Of a stretch of 64,000 nucleotides of DNA, positions 11,633 through 23,507 are shown one piece after another. Origin of the DNA: Neophaeotheca triangularis (Eukaryota); the NCBI GenBank assembly GCA_054600435.1, contig BAAIJX010000008.1, positions 1-64,000 of the forward strand. Reading direction: 5' to 3'. The notes under the pieces are model-generated. The model was given only the letters and a program-made list of their open reading frames with translations, was not told the DNA's origin and did not search any database. The number at the start of each line of letters is the position of its first letter. Within the stretch, counting starts at the first letter, position 1. The translations under genes and the position numbers were made by a program.

Positions 11633-13987
11633 TTACCAACGATTCGTCTGACTGCGATTGACGCTAGGTCTGGCAGGCGGCAACATGGAACGTTTGACAG
11701 GGCTGCCTGTCGACCTGTCAGGGGCAGCTTGCTGTCGAGCCGGCTGTTGCTGCGTGCCTATTTTGCCAAAGTCCTGGAAAATGTCGATGCCTTCCTCGCT
11801 ACCATCGCTGGGTATGTTGACCCCGAATAAATCGTCAGAGGCCTGATCGGCGGGTGCAGAGGCTACCTCGAAGTTCTCACCGGCGTTGAGCCAGTCAAAG
11901 TTTGAGTGCTCTTCGGGTGCAGCGTGGCTCTGCTTGAGGGGCGAACCCAGTTTGGTCGGGGAGCGCGCGTTCCCGGTCTTCGCAGCGATAGGTGAGAAAG
12001 AGAAATTCAGAGCGTTGCCGGCACTTGGACGCAGTAGAGTGTTGCCCTTGGAAGTCCCAGTAATGTCGGCCAGGATGCCAGTGCTTGTGGCGGCTCTACC
12101 GAGAGCAGGGCGCTTAGTCGAGCGTTTCTCGGGCGAGCCGCGCGCAGTGAGGTCATCATCAGGCGCATCGACGAAGATGTCCAGAGCGTTGTTGAAAAGG
12201 CTGTTCTGGCCTGGTGTATCTTGCGCGGGTTTCCAGGGCGTTCTGCGCGTCTTGTACGGAGAAATGTACGGCGTAAGGCCGACCGCCGTGTCGTCACCGA
12301 AGTTGAACGCGGGGCTCCAGTTGTGAGCCTCTGCCACAGGGCTGCATGGTTTCGTCGGCGATCCCAATAGCGCCTTGAGGCCTTCGCGGTGATTGCGCAA
12401 GCTTGTGTTAGGAGACAGTGTAACGGAAGCTTTGGCGGGACGTTTGAAGACGACGGCTGGCGACAGAGGGTTTGCGCTTTTGACCGGCGAAGACGACTCA
12501 TGTTGGGATGCTGATGGTATGATTGCGTGCTTGTCCTTGGTGGGACTATCGAAGGATGAACTGCGAATACGCGCAATCTCTTCTTCGGCACGGCCTTTCT
12601 TAGAGCGAGGACGTGCAAGATCCGCTTCGGATGTGAGCAAGTGAGCAGCACCTCGCACAGCAGACGACTCTATCGAAGACCAGTATCCGCTATCGTTCAT
12701 TCCTGCAAACTTGTGTCTGCGGCCTCCCGAACGACTTGTAGATGGGAAGCGAGGCACGGGCGGTGGAGTAGCTTTGCGGTGAGGTGCCACCAATGGTGGT
12801 GGTGATGAACCAATGTCGTGTGGAGGCGGCGAGGAACGCATGGCGTGGGGTGGAGGCACCGCTTGGCTTGCAGGAACGTCGTCTTCTTGAAGAGCAGGAT
12901 CGGAAGCAGGGATAGTGCCGTCTGAAGGAAAGTCTGTCTCGTCGGGGAACTTGGCGGAATCGATGGCCTTGTTTTCCATCTTCCTCACCGAACTGGTGTT
13001 GGGAGCGAGCGTGAAGTGTCCGATAGCCGGCGCACTAGAAGGGCGAGAGCCATTCAGATCTTGCGGTAGCCCATTGAAGTACTGCGAGCCGTCTGGATTC
13101 GTGATGCGACGTAGTGGGTTTTTCTTATCAATCAAGAAAGAACGCTCCTGTCCGGGTTTGATGGCCCAGTAATGGCCTTTGCCCGGATCATCCTTGGGAC
13201 GCTCTTGTTTGACAAAGTTCTTGTTGAGGCTGAGGTTGTGTCGGATGCTGTTCTGCCAGCCACTGCCTCCGGATTCGCGGTAGAAAGCGAAGTTGTCCGA
13301 AATCCACTTGTAGATTTGAGCGAGCGTAAGACGTCGGCCAGGGGCTCGTAGTATGGCCATGCCAATGAGCTCAGCATAGCTTCGGATTGGTTTCGTCCCG
13401 TCGTCGACTACGGCGGGCATCTCGCTGGGATCCGGAAGTTCAAAATGTTCTTCCTCTTCGAGCTTCTGCTTCTTGGCGCTTGTCCTGGATGCTGACGGCG
13501 CGTCGTGCAATGTGCGTTTCAACGGAGCTTTGTGGGCATACTCCGGCTCGCCGCCAGGGAATGGATAGTTTTGGAATGATGCAGAGTGGTAGTTGTTTTC
13601 CCTCTCGTACTTTGAATTTTCCGCGAACGGTGGAAAGAGCTGTTTCGCCGGCTCCATAGAGGGACCAGACGACGTGAGTTCGAGGTTCTTTTGCAGCGAA
13701 TCGGTGGAGAAGTTGGGTTTGGGTGGAGGAGGTATATTGATATCCTGTAGGTTGTTGTGTGCGTTCAATGGTTGCAGGGGAGAGCTGTTGTTCTTCTTGG
13801 GGGATGCACCAGGCCGGAAGCCAGGAACAGCATCGGTTGTCGACATAATTTGGCCGTCAGCGGAGCCATTGAAGGGGTCCAAGGCGTTCAAAAGGGCGTT
13901 CTCGACTCGTCTATCGTCTTCCTGGCCGTATGACGCGTCCTGTTCATCTTCCCAGACCTGTAGGCCGGCTCGACGCGTCGACGCCAT
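11633..13987 (-). CDS. Forkhead transcription factor (Sep1/Hcm1 type)
   Basis: Forkhead domain [35 protein letters not shown]...[15 protein letters not shown]...KGHYW; no FHA domain seen; many S/T-P sites. Confidence 0.92.
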   Translation of the reverse strand: MASTRRAGLQVWEDEQDASYGQEDDRRVENALLNALDPFNGSADGQIMSTTDAVPGFRPGASPKKNNSSPLQPLNAHNNLQDINIPPPPKPNFSTDSLQKNLELTSSGPSMEPAKQLFPPFAENSKYERENNYHSASFQNYPFPGGEPEYAHKAPLKRTLHDAPSASRTSAKKQKLEEEEHFELPDPSEMPAVVDDGTKPIRSYAELIGMAILRAPGRRLTLAQIYKWISDNFAFYRESGGSGWQNSIRHNLSLNKNFVKQERPKDDPGKGHYWAIKPGQERSFLIDKKNPLRRITNPDGSQYFNGLPQDLNGSRPSSAPAIGHFTLAPNTSSVRKMENKAIDSAKFPDETDFPSDGTIPASDPALQEDDVPASQAVPPPHAMRSSPPPHDIGSSPPPLVAPHRKATPPPVPRFPSTSRSGGRRHKFAGMNDSGYWSSIESSAVRGAAHLLTSEADLARPRSKKGRAEEEIARIRSSSFDSPTKDKHAIIPSASQHESSSPVKSANPLSPAVVFKRPAKASVTLSPNTSLRNHREGLKALLGSPTKPCSPVAEAHNWSPAFNFGDDTAVGLTPYISPYKTRRTPWKPAQDTPGQNSLFNNALDIFVDAPDDDLTARGSPEKRSTKRPALGRAATSTGILADITGTSKGNTLLRPSAGNALNFSFSPIAAKTGNARSPTKLGSPLKQSHAAPEEHSNFDWLNAGENFEVASAPADQASDDLFGVNIPSDGSEEGIDIFQDFGKIGTQQQPARQQAAPDRSTGSPVKRSMLPPARPSVNRSQTNRW

Positions 13988-15172
13988 CGCCTGAAGACGC
14001 GCTCAGCGTGTCCAGAAGAACAATTCGGTATTCGTCCAGTGGTTGGCGCGTCGAGGTAGTCTCGAAAGGAATATAATTTGGTTGCAGAATCGTCGTGAGG
14101 ATGTTCGGTACTGACTCGAGTGTGGGTGCGCTGGATGCGGGCTTCGATTCAGGCAGGTTGACAGGGTGTCGCTCGCGACCTTGGTGTATCGGACTCGTTC
14201 AAATGGAGATGTTGGAATAAGCTGCTTGCAATAGACATGTAAGTGTGTGGACTCGTCGAGAGGAATTGGGTGGGTAGGCAGTGCGAGTCTATTGCAATCC
14301 TAGAGTGTAGTGCAGAGAGCGCTTCGCTTCCTTGCAAGCTGAAGAGGGCCGTGCGTGTGAAGTGGTCAAAGACTCAAAAGGTTGGCAGCGAAAAACAGGG
14401 CGGCTAATTGGCTGTTCACTCACCTCGCTCTGTTCGGTTGGATGTTGCTGGCGCGTTGGTGGATAAAAAGGAAAAGGACGAAGGAGAAGATGTGGATGGA
14501 GGGATGAGAAAGAAGGCGGGGAGGAGGAAGGCGTCTCGTCTTGTCAGGTCATGGTTCAGTGGGTGGAGGACACTGGACAGGAGGGACGGGCAGGGCAGCA
14601 AGGGAGGCCAGGCGGGAGTGTGAGTGTGAGTGAGTGTGAGCAGTAGTGTTGGCTCTAAGTTAGCGGGGTTGAGCGGTTGAAGATGCTCCCGATCTTCTTC
14701 TCTTCTGCAAGGGGACGTTGGACGTCGGCTTGGCGCGAGGTACGCCGCTAGCGCCGCAACACCAGAGCCAATCGATGCCCCTCTGCGGCTCTGCCCTTTC
14801 GTCTGCACCACATCAGACCTCAATCGTGTCAAGTCTCATGTTAACGTTCAACTTGATACGATTACCTGAGCTGCATATACAATATTACTGTACATTGCTA
14901 GAGGGAAGTACAGTACAAATGTGTTCGACTACGTACTCACCTAATAGTACCTACTGTAGGTACTACATTATTGCCCGAGGGACACCGGGTAGCACGCCGG
15001 AGTAAGCCACTTCGCGCTACCGCACGCTTTCACGTGCCTCCGTCATCCTCATGCTGAAGAACGTGTTGAAGTCCGCAAGTACATAAGACGCCCCAATTCA
15101 ATAAACTCCCCACCAGCGCCTCGCTAACTGTCAATCGACGTCTACTACGAGCAGCGCGTCTCTCGGACATCA

Positions 15173-16643
15173 CTACTCTGAAGCTTTCAGGCCAGTGCCG
15201 TTAGTCCTCAACCGCACTTCACTTGCGTCCCCTTCGTGGCCTAACCTCTGCTTCTGGCCGCGTCGTCGCGCTCTCTCGTCCGCCTCGCGCATCTCCATTC
15301 CCGCCATCTCTATTTCGCTGGCACCCTCTTTTCGCTTGCCATGGTAAGCAGCCCAGTCGCGAGTCCGCTGCTCCGCCGTAGTATGCGCGCCCGAGGGGGG
15401 TAAATCTGGCGGTCCTTCCTTCTTCGAGCGTGGCGTAGCAGGTTCTTCTTGCACAGCTTGCTCCTGTGATTCCTTGCTATCGTCTCCCTTTGACTCGTCC
15501 GTTTCTGATGGTGCATCGCCACCTCGAGTCGTCTTTTTGCGGGGCCACAGAGACGGTAGCACTATCTGTTGGAAACGAGGTTCAACCACACGCTCGTCGA
15601 ACCAAGCATGGATGCGCCCCTCGACCAGTTGAGCGATTTTCGGAACGTCTTGTAATCGTGACCTCGAGCCAATAAGCGAATGCACACTTAGATCGAGCCT
15701 GTAGTCGTCAAGGAACGTAAATGTCAGAGTGGTGGGAGATGAGCCTGTTGGGTTCAGAGGATGTCCCTCGTTCTTTTCGGGTCCGGGCCATTCGGTATTG
15801 GCGGCAGGATAGGGATTCGGCTGAGACGAGGGCGAGAACGAGAGCGAAAGCGTGCCTGAAAAGCGAACAACGCTGACCGCCAATGCCACCGGCAACACCA
15901 TGACAAAAGGTTTCGGGTAGTTGAGTACCAGTTTTGTCTCGATGCCCAGCGTCACGACATCACTCAGATCAACATCCATCCTGGCTTGCAGCATCTCCCC
16001 TCGATGTCCCTTGAGCTCTTTGATAGGTGTACCGTTCTCGTCCACTGGTATGACTCTGCAGTTGCTGAAAATGGGGAACTCATCGCCGAGGCTGATCTCC
16101 GTTACTCGAATATCGTCTATGAAATCCGGCTTGGAGCCGCCGTTGAGCATGTCCGTGAGCGATGTGAGTACTGCCTCATCCTCCTGAGCATCCGCGCGTA
16201 GCTGTGCTATTGTCTGTGCAACCAGCACGTTGAACCAATCCAAGCTCTCCGGCTGATGACCCTTGACCTCATAGTACGTCTTTTCTAGAATCTTTTGCAC
16301 CGTCAGACCACCTTCTGGTCGTGGTTTGAGAAATGCGGAGCTCGGTCGCGGCCTCAGAGATGAGCTCAAGGCACGCTGCCTGGTGTGGGAGAGGGTCCTC
16401 TGCCTGCGCGACGCAGCTCGGGAAGAGGCACGTTCATCGGCCGAAGGCGCTTCTCCAAAGATGAAGAACTTTATGAAAACGAAGAGGATCAATGCGAGGG
16501 TTAGTTGTCCTATGAGAAATCCGGAAGCGAATGAGCCGGAGGAGCCGTTGTTTTGGGCATCTAGGGAAGATGTCAGTGAGCGAAGCAACGGTATGACGAT
16601 AGATAACCCTACTCTGGTATGCTTGCGCCTTTGCCTTCGACAT
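15173..16643 (-). CDS. MMM1: ERMES subunit Mmm1 (SMP domain)
   Basis: GFLIGQL TM segment, FIKFFIFGE, HQPESLDWFNVLVAQTIAQLR, SLIGSRSRLQDVPKIAQLVE; short first exon MSKAKAQAYQ plus an intron. Confidence 0.93.
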
Positions 16644-17004
16644 GGCAAGGTGGGGGAGCTGAGCTCAGATGTGCTACCTCTTTTCCATGGGATAGAGCCT
16701 TGACGATCTGTAGGGTGCCAGCTATAGCCAAATGTGCATCTTTTTTTCTCTTAGTAGGAGGTACTTGTAGTCAAGCAGCGAGCGAACAACGAGGGGTCGA
16801 CTTGTTTAACCAACAATTCGGTAATCGTCAATCAATGTGGGGCGTCTTAACCCAGGCAAGCCACGTTCCCGCTAGCAGCCCCCGCCTCTCTCTCCCACTT
16901 CAAGTGTCGGAGCTGTGCGATTCCAACCAACATGGCGACCTGAAGGAGCAATACTTCAGCTATGTGAAAGCCGCCCCCTTTCGGTCCTGACGACATAACC
17001 CTCC

Positions 17005-18246
17005 ATGGCAGCAACCTCGCCTTTGTCGCCCGAAACCTTGGCGACCAACCCTACGCTGCGACTTCCCGCGTCCACTGATCCCCCAAGCGAGACGCATTTT
17101 CCAACACAAAAGACCTGGATCGTCTTCGGTGCAACCGGTCAAATTGGCAGGAGTCTCGTCAAGGCTGCTTTGAGTCATGGCGACAAGGTGACTGCAGTTG
17201 GGAGGACGTTGGAGAACACGGTGGAGCAGATGAGAGGCTGGCACGAACGGTGTCTGGGGCTACTGTGTGATGTGCGCGTCCGGGAGAGTGTCGGCGCAGT
17301 GATTCAGAAAACGATCGACCGTTGGGGAGGCATAGATATCATCGTCAAGTACGTTCAATCCGAATCCTGTTCCAATCACACTTTCGCCGTTCCACGCAAA
17401 GGCTGAGCTGAGACGCAAGGTGACTGCAGCTGTACAGGCTATGGTGTTGTAGGTGCTTGCGAGGATCAGGATGCGTGCGATCTCCGCTCCCAGTTCGATA
17501 CCAACTTTCTAGGCACGCTCAACATCATACAACTATCGCTGCCATATTTCCGAACAAGAGCTCCCGAGAGGCAAGCAGCGGGCGAGAACCCAGGGCGTTA
17601 TTTAATCTTCTCGTCGACCAGCGGAGCACTTGGTGTCCCTGGTCTAGGACCATACTGCGCGACAAAGTATGCAACCGAGGGCCTAATTGAGAGCATGCTG
17701 TACGAAATCGACGCTTTCGGATTGAAGGCCACCCTCGTCGAACCCGGACACGTAAGGCTGGACGAGGCAACAGGGTTGGACGACAAAGCAGCAGACAACA
17801 CCACCCACGAGAGCAGTGGCGGCAGTGGCAATAATGTCCGCATCCGACGATACGGCCACTTCCTGGTTAAGAAGCCTTCTGAACCGTACGATACGGCAAC
17901 AGCGCCGGCCGGCCACGCTCGTCGAGTGTTTCAATGGCTGGCAGATAGGCAGCCGACATCGGCGGTCAAGTCGGCGGAGCTAGTATGGCAGTTAGGACAT
18001 TGTCGGTTCCCACCCCTACGGCTGCTGCTGGGATCTTTTGCGGTGGAGAGCGTGAGGGACAGGCTGAAGAGCGTAACCGAGGAGATCGAGGATTGGAAGC
18101 ACTTAGCGTTTCCCGTCGCTGACGAGGACAGGAAGGGTAAGGATGTGGATGCCAGAGGAGAAGATGGTGACGAAGAGATGCATGGTGAGGTCGAAGCTGG
18201 CGCTGAAGGGCTAGCCGAAAATTTTGACGAAGACGACGGAGTGTGA
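17005..18246 (+). CDS. Short-chain dehydrogenase/reductase
   Basis: Rossmann motif WIVFGATGQIG; NCTGYG after splicing intron 17349-17429; catalytic YCATK; VEPG. Confidence 0.88.
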
Positions 18247-18897
18247 ATAGGATTGCACTGCTCCCAGTGAGATTCCGGGGAATCCGAATTGGCCATAACG
18301 CTCCGACTCAGGTCATGATTGTCGTGACCTTAAGGCTTGCACGCGGCAAAGGGCCGCGCCGAGATTGAAAGAAAAGTTGTAATGAGCACAAGCGATTGAT
18401 AGTAACCACGAGCGGCTGCGCCTGATCCGCTATCCAATGCGAGCGCTCCAGCTTGAAGGGTGCTCACGGTCGAAGAGATGCGATTTCTTGCTTGACTCGA
18501 ATGGGGAACGCGCTTGTAATGATTGACGTGATCATTCACTATCATCTGTACTATGGCTGTGCATGCCGCGTGCATAATCCGCAGCATGAATCTCGTATGT
18601 ACCGGGATGGCTTCTACCACGAGCTTCGCCCCCGGCAGTATCCTTGTATGACAAATGGGACCAGACGTGACAACAGTTGAGCGCACTCGGTCTGAACGTT
18701 TCGATTGTTCAACTAGCTGCTAGCCAAAAATCACGGTAGGAATACGCACGCTAGATCGCCCCTTGCTAACCACCAAAAAGGCTGCACAAGATGTCACGCA
18801 TGACACGCTCCTCGGTAACTCCAATTCGCCATGCAAACGCTCCGCATAGAAAAGTAAAACGGCATATCGCCCCACAGCCCCTGCATGGAACTCGCAA

Positions 18898-20013
18898 TTA
18901 CAAGATCTCCCTAATCTTTGTCTTCTGTTCAGCAGTCAAGCTTGTTGGGTATTTGATCTTGACGGCTACGATGAAATCGCCTCTCTGGGTTGGTGTCTTT
19001 GGTTTCGGCATGCCGAGGCCAGGGTACCGCTCAGTAAATGTGGGTTGTGTCGGTCCAGATGCCGAGACATTGACTTGCTTGCCGTCGATCGTCGAGACTG
19101 TGCGTTGCCAGCCTGTAAGAGCCTCTTTTAGATCGACCTCGACTGTGTGCTTGATGTCGTCGCCCTCACGGGAGAAGAGCGGGTGCGGCTTCTCTTTGAC
19201 AATAAAGTGTAGATCTTGTGTGCCGCCTTCCACTTGATCGCCCATGTCCGGATACTTTATTTTGCTGCCGGGCTTCAGGCCTTTCTTGATGGGCACGCTT
19301 AGAACCTTGTCCTCGACATTTTGGCGTCCAGTTGAATTGTCGAAGGTTTTGCGCTGGACTTTGAGTTTCTTATTGGCGCCGTTGAAGAGGTCCTCGAGAG
19401 ACACGGGCAGCGGTTTTTCGACAACAGTCGTCTCGGGTTCCGGCTCCCGTCGCGGCGCGAATCCTGAACTACTTCGCCCTCCGCCTGACGGTCGGCCGCC
19501 AAACCTCGCACCACCACCCATGCCGCCGAAGAGATCGTCCATATCGTCGCCGCCCATGCCGCCCATGCCGCCACCACCTCCCCTCATGAATTCGGCGAAG
19601 ATGTCATTGGGGTCACTGAAGCCAAAGCCTCCTCCTCGCCCTCCGCGTCCTCCTCCTCCTGTGCTGAAATGGAAGGAACGACCACCGCCGCCTGGCATAC
19701 CACCCATGCCGCCGAATCCACCAGGCATGCCGCCTCCACCTGCGAAGGGGTTGCCGCCCATGTCTTCAGCATTCGGTGCTGGGCCCGCCTTGCCGGTTAT
19801 AAAGTCGAAGCCATAATTGTCGTAATTCTTCCGCTTTTCGGGGTCACTCAAGATCTCGTAGGCTTCGCTTGCTTCCTTGAACTTGTCTGCGCCCGCAGGG
19901 TTCTTGTCGGGGTGGTTCTTCATTGCATTCTTCTTGTACGCCTTTTTAATTTCCTCCGCGCTCGCAGAGGAGGACACCCCGAGTCGGTCGTAGAGTTTTG
20001 TGTCTGAGACCAT
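18898..20013 (-). CDS. SIS1: Type II Hsp40/DnaJ co-chaperone Sis1/Psi1
   Basis: J domain with HPD, G/F- and G/M-rich linker, C-terminal peptide-binding domain, no zinc finger. Confidence 0.93.
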   Translation of the reverse strand: MVSDTKLYDRLGVSSSASAEEIKKAYKKNAMKNHPDKNPAGADKFKEASEAYEILSDPEKRKNYDNYGFDFITGKAGPAPNAEDMGGNPFAGGGGMPGGFGGMGGMPGGGGRSFHFSTGGGGRGGRGGGFGFSDPNDIFAEFMRGGGGGMGGMGGDDMDDLFGGMGGGARFGGRPSGGGRSSSGFAPRREPEPETTVVEKPLPVSLEDLFNGANKKLKVQRKTFDNSTGRQNVEDKVLSVPIKKGLKPGSKIKYPDMGDQVEGGTQDLHFIVKEKPHPLFSREGDDIKHTVEVDLKEALTGWQRTVSTIDGKQVNVSASGPTQPTFTERYPGLGMPKPKTPTQRGDFIVAVKIKYPTSLTAEQKTKIREIL

Positions 20014-20248
20014 GATGTGCTAGCTGGAGGTACAGGTGCTGAGGTGATGATGAGGTGTCCCCGGCTGAGTTGGATTGTTTGGAGAGATGGGAGTTGAGAG
20101 CAGATTGGCTGATGGGAGAGTGAATGAAATGGTGCAGAATGTTAGTAGTGTTGGGTACCTGAGCAAGCTATACCAACATGTACAGTAAATCTCAATGTCG
20201 GACTTGGTCACCTTTAGGTGTTACAAGGATATGACGCAGTAGTATGGT

Positions 20249-20268
20249 AGAAGCTTCTCGAAGCTTCT
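20249..20268. promoter_or_regulatory. Perfect four-unit heat shock element upstream of SIS1
   Basis: AGAAG CTTCT CGAAG CTTCT = alternating nGAAn units, ~240 bp upstream of the SIS1 ATG; SIS1 is a canonical Hsf1 target. Confidence 0.85.
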
Positions 20269-20808
20269 ACTCGTCGAGGATGCGCTCTAGTATATTGGTC
20301 GACGGCTTCGCTCGTTATAGCTGGCAGTGAATGTCGAGGTAGCGTAGCTGCATGGACGTTGGGAATGTTATAGGTCAGGCCGCGCCATGAGCGTCGAAGG
20401 CTCGTTAATCGTTTGTTACACATGCTATATAAGGCCAAGCAGTCGTGAGATCCAATCCATGTTTGTCTCTTCGACTTTCCGCGTCGACGTCGACGTCTTG
20501 TGCTAGTACTGACTTGGGACAAGCACGTGCGCAATTCGAAGACATCACGCTAGCCAGCGGCCCGTCCCGTGGAGCTTAGCTCCCAGTTGTTTCAGACAGA
20601 TCCGATTGGGGCGCATCGTTCAGCAGCTCCTGTCACCTCGCACGCTCTTGTACTCGTCGCATACCTACTACCGTACCGTAACCGTACTGCACTTTGACGC
20701 CTTGCCAGCTCGCGAGGCGATTGCTCGAAAGTCCCAGTCCGGCTCGCGAACGATGCGCTGAACTACCGCCCTTGCTGTCCTGTCCCGTCCTGAGCTACGC
20801 TCTTCAAC

Positions 20809-21987
20809 ATGGCGCTACGGGCTGCCTTTGACGTCCGGCCGTTCCAAAACACCTATCGCGCGGCATCCACTACAACCATCAAACGCCCTCGCGAGATCGC
20901 CTTCTTCTCCTACGATGATGCCCATGTCCTTCACGTCAGCTCCGAGCAATCACTCCGCTATTACTACCCGGCCGTCATTCACGCGCCTGGGCGGGCAGAT
21001 GGCAGGCACTCACACATCAGTCTGGGGGACGGTTTCGGGCAGTTTCTGAAGAGAGATGACAAGTCAGACGAGCATCTAGATGCGCTATTGGCAACAATCA
21101 TTGACCACGAGAAGAAACAGGGTCAGAAGCTAGAGGTAGACTTCATCACCTGGCGCGGCATGATGACCAAGTTCCTGACTGCTCCTTTTGACAAATTCAG
21201 CGACTTTGAGATGAACGCCACGTGCTTCCAGGGAACCATCTACATCGAAGAGAACAATGCGTACAAGCAGGAGAAGAATCGTCTTGAATCGGCGAGACCA
21301 CCGCCTCGTCACGGCATTGCTCAGGAGGAGATGCAGTTTTGGGGCTACAAATTCGAAACGCTCTCGTCCTTACCGAGACCATGGGCTCATCGCAGCCGTG
21401 ACGAAATCGAAAATCGTCACCAAGAACAGGTCAGCAACTACGCCCAGTTCTGCTCAGTCGTACGTACCGGGATAGGCTCCTCGTCTCTTGCCATCGGCGG
21501 CGAAATCGACGCAATCGAGGGTGTTCGCCCCGACGACGATGGCCAGCATAGCTCGTGGGTTGAGTTCAAGACGTCCAAGGTTGTAGCCACTCCCAAAGAT
21601 GAAATCAACTACGAACGTAAACTTCTCAGCTACTGGGCCCAAAGCTTTCTACTTGGTGTGCCGAAGATAGTTGTAGGCTTCAGAGACGACAATGGCAACC
21701 TCATGGCCTCGGAAGAGCTGGAGACTCAGAAGCTACCTGGGCTTGTGAAGAACAGGATGAGTCACAGCTGGGATGGTAACATCTGCCTCGAATTTTCAGC
21801 CGAATTGCTCGCATTCCTCAAGACTACAATTGTCGGCGAAGGTGTGTGGAGGATCAAGCGCAACAAAGGCACGGGCAATGTTGAGGTGTCTCAGGTAGAG
21901 GCGTCAGGTACAGGCGACATACTCTCCGAGGACTTCAAAGCCCACAGGCAAGAGATGATCGCCGGTGCTGGAGTTACGGAAGGCTGA
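20809..21987 (+). CDS. RAI1: Rai1/DXO decapping nuclease
   Basis: Motifs ITWRGMMTK, FWGYKFETLS, GGEIDA, WVEFKTS, YWAQSFLLGVPKIVVGFRD. Confidence 0.92.
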   Translation: MALRAAFDVRPFQNTYRAASTTTIKRPREIAFFSYDDAHVLHVSSEQSLRYYYPAVIHAPGRADGRHSHISLGDGFGQFLKRDDKSDEHLDALLATIIDHEKKQGQKLEVDFITWRGMMTKFLTAPFDKFSDFEMNATCFQGTIYIEENNAYKQEKNRLESARPPPRHGIAQEEMQFWGYKFETLSSLPRPWAHRSRDEIENRHQEQVSNYAQFCSVVRTGIGSSSLAIGGEIDAIEGVRPDDDGQHSSWVEFKTSKVVATPKDEINYERKLLSYWAQSFLLGVPKIVVGFRDDNGNLMASEELETQKLPGLVKNRMSHSWDGNICLEFSAELLAFLKTTIVGEGVWRIKRNKGTGNVEVSQVEASGTGDILSEDFKAHRQEMIAGAGVTEG

Positions 21988-22171
21988 CGTCACAGTACGA
22001 CACATCCATTGACCCGAGATGCCCTTAACACCTGGGCAACCTCGTCCATCAACCGGTTGAAGATGCTAAACGTAGACCTCGAGCACTCTGTCAACAGCAC
22101 ACAAGATCACGAGCATTGCTGCCAAGACCCGGCGTACTACAAGTATTGTGCCTAGTACACGAACTGGCAAG

Positions 22172-22684
22172 ATGGAAAAACACTCGGCCACAGGCCGTTG
22201 CCTTTGTGGCAAAGTCGAGGTAGGTCTAATCGCAGCGGGAGCCATCAAGGTGCTGTAGCGGTCTATAAATTATAACTAGTATCCAAATCAACTTCATTGA
22301 CGCCGCTCTCAGGTTGCCGTGAACGCTTCACTCAAGGATTTCGACACTCTCATGTGTCACTGCGCATCCTGTAAGCGTAGATCCGGTGGCATAGCATCCT
22401 TTGCTTTTTGCATCGACAAACGATATGTCGGCATCTCCGGCAGCACGCACGTCAATTATGAAGACACCAAGACGGGAAGTGGGAAGCCTATGCAAAGGAG
22501 CATGTGCTCGAACTGCGGTAGCCCCGTGAGAATTATCGAGGGCCATGCGCCTGATACCTGGTGTATGCAGTATGGTCTGTTTGCCGATGAGGTCGACTTG
22601 CCACCTCCAAAACTGGAGCTTTTCCGAGGGAAGGCGTGCACTTGGATGAGAGAGATCGGGGAGGATGTCAGAAACGAGCAATAG
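22172..22684 (+). CDS. GFA/CENP-V (Mss4-like) zinc-binding protein
   Basis: Exon 1 MEKHSATGRCLCGKVE, intron 22220-22312, then CHCASCKRRSG...RSMCSNCGSP. Confidence 0.85.
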
Positions 22685-22959
22685 GAGGTGGTCCGGAGCA
22701 GAGGTGCGGCAGGTCGTCCGTCTCGTCCGACCGAAGAGTTCCTTTCGTCGCAATGGCCGAGGATGATCTACACAATTGATGCGTTGGCAGGGGCTTCACT
22801 TTCCAGCAAAGGCGTAAGGGTACTTGTCGTCGCTCACGCTATCCTCGTACAAATATTGCAGGTACAACGGTCAAAGTACGCGAGAAGGCATTTCTTGGCT
22901 CGGAAACCAGGCCCGTTCTGCCTGCTCCAGGTCTGAACTTCAGCTGTAGGTGGCAAAGA

Positions 22960-23114
22960 GGCTAAACTACTGCACCAACATGGATCGACACATTATATCC
23001 AGGCTTTGTACCCCAGTGCATGCATAAGTGCTTCACGCCCTCCACATTGCTCCACGTTTTCCCGCACTCTTCCATGCATTGGTGCTTTTACGCCTCTATT
23101 CTTCATGCTTAGCC
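22960..23114. promoter_or_regulatory. Candidate XlnR/Xlr1 sites upstream of the GH7 gene
   Basis: GGCTAAA at 22960 and inverted TTAGCC at 23109. Confidence 0.35.
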
Positions 23115-23507
23115 TACTGACTGATCTCAGAAAGCGCCTTGCTAGAAGGAAAGTTTTACTTATAAGTCCCGCGTCTTATTTATCCGGACAACAGCACCAT
23201 GTCGCCCGGGCCAAGCAGTGCCACACTCTGGACTCCGCACGCTGTTCTTCCCCGGCAGGCTGAGCTCTACGGACTCACTTCCACCGTTAATGAATGTAAG
23301 GTAAGGCAACCCCGGTCCATCCTTCCTGACAGACATAACGTGCGGGCTATGCGGGGTCAGCAGCATGGGAGGCTCGGCGGCGAGAATGTTAAGACAGTGG
23401 CACCGAGTAGTCTGTCAACATATATGAGACAGCTCCACCTTCAGAGATGAAGGTGATTTGGTCGCCTTTCCATTCTCGCAATCTCACCTTGTACACCTGC
23501 ACCGACC

